Assembly (NCBI GenBank): GCA_963717515.1
Contig: OY970338.1
Location: forward strand, 1,595,593-1,659,592
DNA: 64,000 bases
Origin: an uncultured Candidatus Woesearchaeota archaeon
GTDB lineage: Archaea; Nanobdellota; Nanobdellia; Woesearchaeales; DSVV01
Direction: 5' to 3'
The notes under the pieces were generated by a model. That model saw only the letters and a program-made list of their open reading frames with translations, searched no databases and had not been told where the DNA came from. This document shows, one piece after another, positions 1 through 9,700 of this stretch; positions within the stretch are counted from its first letter, which is position 1; each line of letters begins with the position of its first letter. Both the position numbers and the translations under genes were made by a program.

Positions 1-2
1 AC

Positions 3-1148
3 TCGAACTACTACTCTGTATGGGCCAGGGACCATTCGATATGCTCGATAGCTGCAGCAATGTCGAACAATGAGGAATTAATCAAAACAGCAAAAGCAGG
101 AACCCTGCTCCTTTTAAGAAAACAGATAGACCATGGCCAGGTGCCGAGCTACATAGAGATAGAGAACAGGAAAGTCAATTACGGCGGCCTCGGAGCTATC
201 ACATCTGTCGACTCGAACATGTGGGTCGCCATATCAGCAGCGGTCCTGCACAAGAAGACCAGGGACAGGCGGTTCATAACAGACGCCAACATGAAGAGAT
301 ATACTCGCCTGTACAGGCTGCTCCGGGCATTCGACTCCAACAACTGCGGCCTCATCGAGGTGCCCAAAGCAGGGGACTGGGCAGACATATTCAACAGGAC
401 TTATCATGTATTATATGACGAGTGCCTGTACTACGAGGCACTCAAATCCATCCAGTACCTGTTGTCGTGCAGCCTGAGCAGGAATGAGGATATTAAAAAA
501 GACACGAGAAAGATAATCAAGTGGATAAGGAATAGGAGGGCGAGGGTCAAGAAGAAGCTCAACCAGGTGTTCTGGTTCACCAAAGACAATATCCCCAAGG
601 TCTTTGAGGAATACATGATATACGACAGGATAGAGGAGAAGGAGTATCCCTATTACCAGTCCCATCTCACGCCATTCAAGATCCACTGGCACAACAGGAT
701 AGAGGTCTTCGGCAATGTACTTGCGATCGCCACAGGCATAGCAAACAGGGAGAAGTCAAGGAAGATAATAAGGTATATAGAAACGAACAAGATAAACGAG
801 CCTTTTCCCATGAGGGCGATGTTTCCGCCTGTCTACAAGAACGAGAAAGGCTGGGAGCCCATATACAGGCTAAAGGAGCAGCCCCATACCTACCACAACG
901 GAGGGATATGGCCGGTTATCGCAGGTTTCTGGATATACACGCTTGTCAAGAAAAAATATCCGAAGACAGCTGCAAAAGAGATGAAGAACCTGGCAGAGCA
1001 GCTGAACAAAACAGGCTGGAAATTCAACGAATATTTCCACGGAAAGACATTCAAGCCCATGGGGAGGACCTACCAGGCATGGAGCGCGGCAGGTTACATC
1101 ATCGCATACCACGCAATCAAGGACAGCCCGAACATATTCGACTACTGA
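3..1148 (+). CDS. GH100 alkaline/neutral invertase-like glycoside hydrolase (5' end outside window)
   Basis: Frame is open from the window edge (SNYYSVWARD...). YHNGGIWP and QAWSAAGYI resemble the GH100 motifs YHNGGSWP and QTWSIAGY. Lies near SPS/SPP genes. Confidence 0.75.
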   Translation, partial: SNYYSVWARDHSICSIAAAMSNNEELIKTAKAGTLLLLRKQIDHGQVPSYIEIENRKVNYGGLGAITSVDSNMWVAISAAVLHKKTRDRRFITDANMKRYTRLYRLLRAFDSNNCGLIEVPKAGDWADIFNRTYHVLYDECLYYEALKSIQYLLSCSLSRNEDIKKDTRKIIKWIRNRRARVKKKLNQVFWFTKDNIPKVFEEYMIYDRIEEKEYPYYQSHLTPFKIHWHNRIEVFGNVLAIATGIANREKSRKIIRYIETNKINEPFPMRAMFPPVYKNEKGWEPIYRLKEQPHTYHNGGIWPVIAGFWIYTLVKKKYPKTAAKEMKNLAEQLNKTGWKFNEYFHGKTFKPMGRTYQAWSAAGYIIAYHAIKDSPNIFDY

Positions 1149-1201
1149 ATGAGGCGGATTGTACGATACATTTATATATCTGTTCTAACATCCAGTATTA
1201 T

Positions 1202-1813
1202 ATGTTTGAAAATATAACTGAGATCGACATGAGGATCATAGGCCTGTTTGCCAGGGATTACTCAAAAACCTATACAATCAGGCAGATGACGACAGAGCTG
1301 GGCATCAACTATTCCCATGCATTCAAGAGGATCAAAGAGCTTGTCAAAGAGGGCATCCTGAAAAAATCAAAGCAGGGGCAGGCAAACAATATCTCAATCA
1401 ACATCTTCAGCCTGGATGCAGTCAAGCTCCTGGGTTTCGCTGATGAGATGAAGAAGGCAGGAAATCCTGTACTGTATCAGATAGTGTCTGAGATGATATC
1501 TATAGATCCATTGGCGTGTATAGGCATCTTCGGGAGCAGGGTCTCAGGGAAAGCTACCAACAAATCCGATTGGGACATGTTCATCATATCATCAGACCGG
1601 AAAAATACCGAAAGGTCACTTTCAAGGTTTGCATATGCAAAAGATATCCATATACAGGTATTTGATGTCCAGGAATTCAGCCAGAGCCTTCTCAGCCCAG
1701 AAGAGACTGTTGTCAAGCACATCATCAAGAACAAGCAGATATTGTATAATCCTTATCCATTCTACAATATGATCCGGAAGTGGGAGAGTATAAAACATGC
1801 TCCAGAAAATTGA
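1202..1813 (+). CDS. wHTH-fused minimal nucleotidyltransferase (MNT antitoxin)
   Basis: N-terminal HTH (YTIRQMTTELGINYSHAFKRIKEL) and GS-x10-DWD motif. Start placed at ATG 1202, after TATA-like TTTATATA. Confidence 0.85.
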   Translation: MFENITEIDMRIIGLFARDYSKTYTIRQMTTELGINYSHAFKRIKELVKEGILKKSKQGQANNISINIFSLDAVKLLGFADEMKKAGNPVLYQIVSEMISIDPLACIGIFGSRVSGKATNKSDWDMFIISSDRKNTERSLSRFAYAKDIHIQVFDVQEFSQSLLSPEETVVKHIIKNKQILYNPYPFYNMIRKWESIKHAPEN

Positions 1814-2345
1814 AGAGGAATATGAAGCTCTGATGGAGGCAAAGGCAATTAAGCCTGATTCCAGAGTACTATCACACCTGAAATGGCAGAAAGCGACAAA
1901 TGACCTCCTGCTCTCAGGAGGGCTGTTGAAGATATCCACTGAGGATAAGACAAAGAAATCCCTTGATTATCCGGAGGATGCGACGTTTTTCGACTGGGTG
2001 ATCGTAAGCTCATATTACTCGATATTCCATGCAGCGCAGGCTTTGCTCGGCATCAAAGGCATAAAGATAGTTGGAAGAGTGCATCATGCAACTTTGGTGT
2101 CATTTGCCAGACATTTCATCCTAAACAATGAGCTTGAAGATGAATTATTCCTCATATATGAAGATGTAGAGAACAAGGCAAAAGACCTGCTTGAGATATT
2201 CGAGGAAGAGAAAAAGAAACGCGGGATGTTCCAGTATCACAGGCTGTCAAGGAACAACCTCAGGCCTGCACAGGAATCTCTTGAGAATGCCAGGACATTT
2301 CTGGATGCAGTTGGCAGGGTGCTTGCGAAGAAGAAGGTAATCTGA
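1797..2345 (+). CDS. HEPN domain protein (toxin partner of MNT)
   Basis: YYSIFHAAQALL helix and RGMFQYH (R-x5-H). Overlaps the MNT stop. Confidence 0.8.
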   Translation: MLQKIEEEYEALMEAKAIKPDSRVLSHLKWQKATNDLLLSGGLLKISTEDKTKKSLDYPEDATFFDWVIVSSYYSIFHAAQALLGIKGIKIVGRVHHATLVSFARHFILNNELEDELFLIYEDVENKAKDLLEIFEEEKKKRGMFQYHRLSRNNLRPAQESLENARTFLDAVGRVLAKKKVI

Positions 2346-2390
2346 TCATATATTCAGGATGAGACTCTTATTGACTGCTGGTGGTTTTTC

Positions 2391-2750
2391 ATGAAAAAAA
2401 TTTCCAAGGAAATCAAAAAAGACTGGAAAGGTTATTTATATTATGGTGGGATTGGATTCATATTTGGATTTTATCTGTTAAATATTTCAGAATTTATTTC
2501 TAGGTTGATAAAACATATTAATCTCCTTTGGTGTTTGAAAAATTCATTCAATGTTTTAATCAAAATTTTTCCAATTCATATATATTTTAGTTTAATATTT
2601 TCTTTGTTAGGAATATTATGTTATCGATATCGGGAAAAAAATCGAACTTTTATTTTATTGGTGATTTTCTCTCTTCTATTATATCTTGTTTTAATCATAC
2701 TTAATGTTATTGAACGGCATAATTATATAGCACTTGCAAGGGGTCAATGA
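2391..2750 (+). CDS. Small AT-rich membrane protein, unknown function
   Basis: About three hydrophobic segments; visibly much more AT-rich than the flanks. Confidence 0.55.
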   Translation: MKKISKEIKKDWKGYLYYGGIGFIFGFYLLNISEFISRLIKHINLLWCLKNSFNVLIKIFPIHIYFSLIFSLLGILCYRYREKNRTFILLVIFSLLLYLVLIILNVIERHNYIALARGQ

Positions 2751-2802
2751 GAATGAAACAATTTAATTGTAAAAAGTTAGAATAGAATATGCCCTGATTA
2801 AA

Positions 2803-3624
2803 TTATTGAACATCTTCTTCATTAATCAAACCGAACTTCAGCAAACCAAGCAGAATCCCTGAGACATAATACCCGTTAAGCCTTCCATGCTCTTTCTTGA
2901 TGATGTGTAAATTATTAATAACATTCTTCTGTATCGACAGCTGGCGGACAGTCTTCTTTATCTCAGGTATGGCATTTCGGACCAGTATCGATTTATACCC
3001 GAAAGTCAGAGGCAGGATATCATTTCCGCTGTCCCCGCAGTACACCACCTCGTCTTTCGAATACCCAAGCTTTTGTCGCAGGTACTCAAGCGCTGTCAGT
3101 TTGGTAGCATATTTCGGCAATATATCAAGCAGCCCGATGTCATGGGTCTCGTCGACACTGTAGACAATGACGGCATCCCTGCAGATTCCCCTGACATTCG
3201 CTGTGACTTTTTTTATCAGCTGCACAGAATCTTCAGGACTGTCCACATAATAGCTCAGCTTGAAATCGTTCTGCCTGTCATCCTCCTGGATACGGAGGCC
3301 CACAGCATCAGAAAGGACCTTTTTGAAACCATCGATGTCCCAGCCCGATGTCTTCGAGGCAATAATCTCGTCCCATGCAGCATCCCTCTTGAAATCCCTG
3401 TCATAGATGCTCGTCCCGACCTCAGCGATCGCATAATCCGGTGCAGGCACAGAATACTTCTCCATGGCTTGCCTGATCAAGCTTAAATTCCTCCCTGTCA
3501 CGAACACCAGGACGAACCTGTCCCGAAGCTGTCTAAAAATATCCATGGAGCCGTCGTATTCCTGAGAGCCGTTCGGCAGAAGCGTCCTGTCAAGGTCTGT
3601 CGCAAGCAGGACCTTATCCTGCAT
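2803..3624 (-). CDS. HAD-IIB phosphatase, sucrose-phosphate phosphatase-like
   Basis: LATDLDRTLL, VTGR, K(L)TAL and GDSGND HAD motifs; QNDFKLSY; translationally coupled to the SPS-like gene. Confidence 0.85.
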   Translation of the reverse strand: MQDKVLLATDLDRTLLPNGSQEYDGSMDIFRQLRDRFVLVFVTGRNLSLIRQAMEKYSVPAPDYAIAEVGTSIYDRDFKRDAAWDEIIASKTSGWDIDGFKKVLSDAVGLRIQEDDRQNDFKLSYYVDSPEDSVQLIKKVTANVRGICRDAVIVYSVDETHDIGLLDILPKYATKLTALEYLRQKLGYSKDEVVYCGDSGNDILPLTFGYKSILVRNAIPEIKKTVRQLSIQKNVINNLHIIKKEHGRLNGYYVSGILLGLLKFGLINEEDVQ

Positions 3625-4972
3625 CTTTCATCACTTCCCTGAACACAGCCATGTACTTCCTTGCGCTCATCTTCCAGGTGAAGTTCTTCCTCACGTACCG
3701 GACTGAATTTGCAGACACTCTCTTATACAGGTCCTTGCGCTTTATCAACCTCTTCACTTTCCTTGCGAGATCCTTCCTGTCTCTCGGGTCGACAAGAAGA
3801 CCGTTCTCGTCATCAGTCACGAACTCGCTCGGCCCCCCGTTCCTGGTCGCAACGACCGGTACACCGCACGCACCTGCTTCTATTATGGTCAGGCCGAATG
3901 GCTCAATCAGAGCAGGGTTGACGAATATGCCGTTATTCTGCCTGAGGAACCTGTAGAATGCCGGCACCTGTTTCTCATATTCGAGGTTGATGCCGGGCAG
4001 GCAGACATTCTCATAGAGATTGTATTTTCTCATGATTCGGTTTATCCTGTCGATTATGGGCTGGCTCTCCTTTGTCGGCTGGAGGGTCTTTGCGAATATT
4101 ATGAGGTTTGCAAGGTTCTGGAACTCCCTGTCCATTGCAAACGCCCGAAGCAGCCCGATAAGGTTCTTCCTCTTGTCAAGACGAGTCAGCACGCCGACAG
4201 GCACCCTCTCAGGGTGCTTTAGCCCCTGCATTATCGCGTTCTCAAGAAGCTGCCTTGTCTGCTCTTCCTTCTTCAAATCAATGACTCTTGTCGGGTGGAA
4301 CCTTTCAAGGTCGAGCCCGGGCGGTATCGTCCTGAACTTAGAAAAATCCTTTATCCTGTATTCGCGGTACTGTTCCTTTATCTCCTCGCCGGTGCTTGCA
4401 ACAATCGCTGAGGAGTTCTTTATAGCCGTGTTCTCGGCTGAAAGCCTTTTGTCGAAATGATAGAGCCTGTTGAACTTTTTCATGTTAGACTTGTTCACCC
4501 CGAGCCTCTTCATCTTGGGCCTTCCCAGGCTGTGGCCTGTATGCACCTGCGGAATGCCTAAGTCTTTTGAGAGCTTTGCGCACACAAGCCCGGAGTCAGC
4601 ATAGTTGCTCTGGAGTATGTCAGGCATACGCTTAATCTTCCTGATGTGCTTTTTGACATTCGCAGTGAACTCATCAATATAAGGCCAGAGCTTTACCTTC
4701 TTCATGTACCTGTTGTCAGGCCCGCACTCAATCCTGATTATCTTGACCTTGAAGTTGACGTCCTCGACCTTCTTGGAATACCCAGGGTAGTCAGGGTCGA
4801 CTATCCTTCTCGTCATTATCTCCACCCTGTCGACATTCTTGAGCTCGCCCAGTGCCTTTGCAAGCTCGAGCACATAGACTATCTGCCCGCCTGTGTCCTC
4901 GTCCCTGCCGAGCTCAAGGTTCCTGGACCTGAAGAGCCCGTGCATGGAATGCATCTGAATGTAAAGTCCCAT
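3614..4972 (-). CDS. GT4 glycosyltransferase, sucrose-phosphate synthase-like (no fused phosphatase)
   Basis: HGLFR, LGRDEDTGGQIVYVLELA, TGHSLG, FVNPALIEPFGLT and VATRNGGP are SPS-family signatures. Confidence 0.85.
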   Translation of the reverse strand: MGLYIQMHSMHGLFRSRNLELGRDEDTGGQIVYVLELAKALGELKNVDRVEIMTRRIVDPDYPGYSKKVEDVNFKVKIIRIECGPDNRYMKKVKLWPYIDEFTANVKKHIRKIKRMPDILQSNYADSGLVCAKLSKDLGIPQVHTGHSLGRPKMKRLGVNKSNMKKFNRLYHFDKRLSAENTAIKNSSAIVASTGEEIKEQYREYRIKDFSKFRTIPPGLDLERFHPTRVIDLKKEEQTRQLLENAIMQGLKHPERVPVGVLTRLDKRKNLIGLLRAFAMDREFQNLANLIIFAKTLQPTKESQPIIDRINRIMRKYNLYENVCLPGINLEYEKQVPAFYRFLRQNNGIFVNPALIEPFGLTIIEAGACGVPVVATRNGGPSEFVTDDENGLLVDPRDRKDLARKVKRLIKRKDLYKRVSANSVRYVRKNFTWKMSARKYMAVFREVMKDAG

Positions 4973-5068
4973 CTCTCATCCCCTCAATAATCCATGACCT
5001 ATTAGAAATCCCGGTTGTCTGATATCCCCTTTTTTTCTATCCATCTCGAGTGGAACGCCCGCAAGTGT

Positions 5069-5248
5069 TCAGGCTTCTGCTTCCTTTTCCAGCTCGACCC
5101 GCGCGACGATATGGTCATCTGAGACTTCCATTATCTCGGAAGTGACTACCTTTTCGCCGTTAAGCTTGAGCTGTAGCTTCTCTCCCTGCTTGGGCTCGAT
5201 GCCTGCTGACTTGAGCTTGTCCATGGATATCCTGTAATCTGTTGTCAT
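5069..5248 (-). CDS. Small hypothetical protein (59 aa)
   Basis: GGAGG ribosome-binding site just upstream of ATG 5248; host-like codon usage. Confidence 0.55.
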   Translation of the reverse strand: MTTDYRISMDKLKSAGIEPKQGEKLQLKLNGEKVVTSEIMEVSDDHIVARVELEKEAEA

Positions 5249-5385
5249 GTTCATTCCTCCAAAAATTCCAGGGACCTGCCCCGCAACCTTGGTAATAGCA
5301 CAATGCCCCATCATTAATAAAGCTTGTGTTTAACAATTTCATTTTGAAAAAATTTATAAATGAGTTTGGGTTTTTAATTTTCATA

Positions 5386-5931
5386 ATGAAACTAAAAAAC
5401 AATGAAAAGTTGGCATTAAAACTCATGGTCTCGAACCCGGACATTTCCAACAATGAGATTGCAGAGAACCTCGGCATCACGACCCAGGCAGTTGGCAAGA
5501 TAAAGAGGCAGCTGCATTCAAAGGGCATCATCGAGCGCAAGGAATACGTGCTCAACTATGAAAAGATAGGTGTCGGGCTCCTTGCATTCGCCCTCATAAA
5601 GATCATGCCAAAGGCGTTCAGAAAATTCAGCAAGACAGAGCTTGACAAGATTCTCCAGCCGCCGAACGTCATACAGTCATACGTGATACCGCAGACCAGC
5701 GTGACGCACATAATGGTCTACGCGTTTCGCAATGTCGACGAATATGACAATTATTTCAAGAAGCTCCAGACCGAGCTGGGAGAGTTCGTCGAGATAAAGG
5801 AGGCGTTCATCCTCTCGCCCAAGAGCATGATAAAGTCATCACCCAAGGAGATGTTCCTCAAGATCATCGATGAATACGGCAAGGCAAAGGAGCTTCCCGA
5901 GCCTGACCTGATGGTGCTGGGCAGGGCGTAG
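5386..5931 (+). CDS. Lrp/AsnC family transcriptional regulator
   Basis: N-terminal HTH (ISNNEIAENLGITTQAVGKIKRQL), LNYEKIG linker, RAM-like C-terminus. Confidence 0.8.
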   Translation: MKLKNNEKLALKLMVSNPDISNNEIAENLGITTQAVGKIKRQLHSKGIIERKEYVLNYEKIGVGLLAFALIKIMPKAFRKFSKTELDKILQPPNVIQSYVIPQTSVTHIMVYAFRNVDEYDNYFKKLQTELGEFVEIKEAFILSPKSMIKSSPKEMFLKIIDEYGKAKELPEPDLMVLGRA

Positions 5932-5933
5932 GC

Positions 5934-6707
5934 TCAGCTCTCAGCCTTTCTCCAGAGCCCTTCGAAATGCCTCTTATAGCTCTTCGCAATCAGCCTGTCG
6001 TCGATGAGGATGACGAACGGGTTCTCTGTGAAATTGCAGAACCCGACTATGTCCTTGAAGACAAATACAGCGACAGGGCTGACGTAGCCTGACGGGAGGA
6101 AGCGCAGGTCGAGCTCTGCAAGCCTGAGAATCCTCTTCATGACACTGCTCCTTATTATCCTCCTGTTCGCTATCATCCTTCCCCTGACCTTGATGCCCCT
6201 TATCCTCTTCGAGAGGTTCAGGAAATAGTAGTTGAAGACGCTCAGCACTGCCTCTGATGATGCGATAATCATTATCTCGTCCTCTGACCTGGCGATGTCG
6301 ACGAGCCTGTCGTAGAAGAACCCGAGCCCTTCCCTGCCCTGGAATATCGATATCCTGTCGCCGTGAGGACCTGAAGGCCCTGGTTTGATGGCACTTATGA
6401 GCTCCATCAGCCCCGGCCTTGCATCTTCTATCTCTTTCTTCTGCTTCTCAAGAAGACTTAGCAGGTTCTTCGGCTCGAGGATCGAGAATACCTTGACATT
6501 GTTCTTTGATACGGACGATACCAGGCCTTTCTTTTCGAGCCTTGCGAGGATGTCATAGAGATTAGTCCTGTGGATGCCTGTATCCTTCGCTATCACGCTT
6601 GCAGGCGCGCTTCCAAGGCTTGCGAGAGCCTCGAATACCTGGATCTCTGAATCTGTCATGCCTATCTTCTTCAGGACATCTGTCATGCCCCTTTGGGACA
6701 GCCTCAT
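5934..6707 (-). CDS. TrmB family transcriptional regulator
   Basis: IGMTDSEIQVF...IAKDTGIHRTNLYDILARLEKKGLV wHTH followed by an effector-type domain. Confidence 0.85.
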   Translation of the reverse strand: MRLSQRGMTDVLKKIGMTDSEIQVFEALASLGSAPASVIAKDTGIHRTNLYDILARLEKKGLVSSVSKNNVKVFSILEPKNLLSLLEKQKKEIEDARPGLMELISAIKPGPSGPHGDRISIFQGREGLGFFYDRLVDIARSEDEIMIIASSEAVLSVFNYYFLNLSKRIRGIKVRGRMIANRRIIRSSVMKRILRLAELDLRFLPSGYVSPVAVFVFKDIVGFCNFTENPFVILIDDRLIAKSYKRHFEGLWRKAES

Positions 6708-6785
6708 GATATTTAAGCTTTTTCAAATTGTTGTATGTATAGTATACAACAAAGGTTTTTATTGCTACGGCCCATCTGCCTGTCC

Positions 6786-9700
6786 ATGAAAGCATTGGGG
6801 ATATGCCTCGGCGCATCGAGCATCGGCATCGTGAGGATGAAGGACGGAAAAATCATCGGTGCAGAGAACATACCTCATGAGGGCAATCCCAAGAAGCTGC
6901 TTCTCGAGAAATTAGGGCAGATAGGCCTGCAGGATTATGACTACGCCGGTGTCACAGGCAGGAAATTCCGGGAATTCGTCAACCTCCCAAAGATAACAGA
7001 GCCTGAGGCCACTGAATATGCCTATGAATATATCAGGAAGCGCAGGGATTTTTCAGCCATTGTGAGCGCAGGAGGAGAGACATTCATCGTCTACACCTTA
7101 GACACCCACGGAAAGATAGCGAATGTCTACACAGGCAACAAGTGCGCGTCAGGCACAGGCGAGTTCTTCCTGCAGCAGATAAGGAGGATGGACCTCAATG
7201 TCGACGAGGCTGTAAAGCTCGCTAAGATGGAGAAGCCTCACAGGGTGACAGGGAGATGCTCTGTTTTCTGCAAGAGTGACTGCACGCATGCGCTCAACAA
7301 GGGCGTGCCCAAGGGAGAAGTTGCAGCCGGTCTCTGCGAGATGATGGCAAAGAAGATATCTGAGCTTCTCTCCAAGGCACCCAAGGGAGACATCCTCATC
7401 GTCGGCGGGACAGCCAAGAACAGCGTTGTCATGGATTTCCTGAAAAAAGACGTGCCAGGAGTCCATATCCCAAAAGAGGCAGAATATTTTGAAGCCCTCG
7501 GGGCAGCTATCTGGTCAGAGAAGACCAAGGCAAAGCCGAAAAATTACAAGAGCATCCTCAAAAAAGGCACATCATCATTCTCCTTCCACAGGCCGCTCTC
7601 AGAATACAGGGACATGGTGGTCTTCGAGAAATTTACGAAAGGCGAGGCAGAGGAAGGGGACGAATGCATAATCGGCCTTGACGTCGGCTCGACCACGACA
7701 AAGGCAGTGCTCCTGAGGACATCTGACAATGCTGTTGTCGCCGACTGCTACCTCAGGACGAACGGGAATCCTGTGAAGGCATCTCGCGACTGCTACAATG
7801 AGCTGTCATCACAAGTGGATAAGAAGATTAGCATCATCGGCCTGGGCGTGACTGGGAGCGGGAGACATATCGCAGGCCTGCATGCCCTGACAAAGGGGAT
7901 AATAAACGAGATAATAGCGCATGCGACTGCGGCTGTGTATTTCGACAAGGATGTTGACACCATATTCGAGATAGGGGGCCAGGATGCCAAATACACCTAT
8001 ATTACAAACTCTGTGCCGAGCGACTATGCGATGAACGAGGCGTGCAGCGCAGGGACAGGCTCGTTCCTTGAGGAGTCTGCAAAAGAATCGCTCAACATAG
8101 ACTACAGGGATATCGGCGACATCGGTTTCCAGGCAAAGCATCCGCCAAATTTCAATGACCAGTGCGCGGCATTCATCAGCTCTGACATAAAGACCGCATT
8201 CCATGAAGGGATCAGCAAGGAGGATGTTGTCGCAGGCCTCGTGTATTCCATATGCCTGAACTACGGGAACAGGGTCAAGGGGAACAGGCAGGTCGGAAAG
8301 AAGGTCTTCATGCAGGGAGGGGTCTGCTACAACAAGGCAGTTCCTGTGGCGATGGCAGCCCTCACAGGCAAGAACATAATCGTCCCTCCTGAGCCGGGGC
8401 TCATGGGTGCATTCGGCGTGGCCCTGGAGATAAAGGACAGGCTAGCCCTCGGGATAATGGAGAGGCAGGAATTCGACCTTAATGAGCTTGAGAAGAGGGA
8501 TGTGGAGTACGGCAAGAGCTTCATCTGCGCAGGGGGAAAAGAGAAGTGCGACAGGAAATGCGAGATAATGACGATAAGGATACTCGGCAAGACCTATCCA
8601 TTCGGCGGGGCATGCGATAAGTACTACAACCAGAGGCTCAATATAGAGAATGACCCCGGGAGGCTGGACCTTGTCAAGCAGAGGCAGGACATGGTGTTCG
8701 GAAGATACGCATCTTACAGGCCGAAACTCCCGAAGGATGCAAAGAGCATAGGCATAAACAGGTCATTCCTCACGAATACATTCTATCCGCTCTACTATAA
8801 TTTCTTCACCCGGCTCGGCATGAGGGTCATGTTGTCGGAACAAGTGCTTGAGAAAGGGACCGACAGGAAGAGCGCGGCATTCTGCTATCCTGCTGAGATA
8901 TCCCACGGGCTTTTCCAGGACCTCATCGACAAGAAGCCTGACTACATATTCCTGCCCGTGCTCACCGGCACCCCTGTCAAGTCCGGCAACCTGCTCAAGA
9001 AGACATGCGTCTTTGTCCAGGCTGAGCATGCGTATCTGCAGACAGCTTTCAAGAACCACGGAATTGGTATTATCAGGCCTGTTCTGGATTTCTCAAGAGG
9101 ATTTGAAGGCCAGAAGAAAATCTTCAATGGCATCGCAGAAGAGCTCGGTTTCAATACAGAAGAGGCAGGCGAGGCATTCGATTCTGCCATCGGACAGCAG
9201 GAAGCATATCAGAAGGAGGCTGAGAGGCTGGGCAAAAAAGCGATAAGGGAGCTTGAGAAAGACCCTGACAAGACCGCAGTGATCCTCTTCGGCAGGAGCT
9301 ATAATGCTTTTGCAGGCGAGGCCAACATGGGCATACCCCACAAGTTTGCGACAAGGGGCTCGCTTGTGATACCGTCTGATTTCATCCCGTATGGAAAAGA
9401 GGATGGGTTCCCATCGATGTACTGGGCACAGGGCCAGCAGAACCTCATGGCAGCAGAATATGTGAAGAAGCATCCCCAGCTCTACGGAGCGTTTGTCACG
9501 AACTTCTCCTGCGGACCTGACTCATTCCTCATCAGCTATTTCAGGGATATCATGGGCATCAAGCCCTCGCTCACGCTTGAGCTTGACAGCCACACGGCAG
9601 ATGCAGGACTCAACACAAGGATAGACGCGTTCCTCGACATTGTCAAGAGCTTCAGGGAGCTTGAGAAGCAGAAGAAGATAAGGGAAAAGAAATCAGATTT

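Noticed and set aside
908..1201. Long N-terminal extension of the MNT ORF (likewise for gatE, cca, rsmI, the HD gene and REC 28441)
   Set aside because: The extensions overlap neighbouring genes or promoters; TATA position and domain starts support downstream ATGs.
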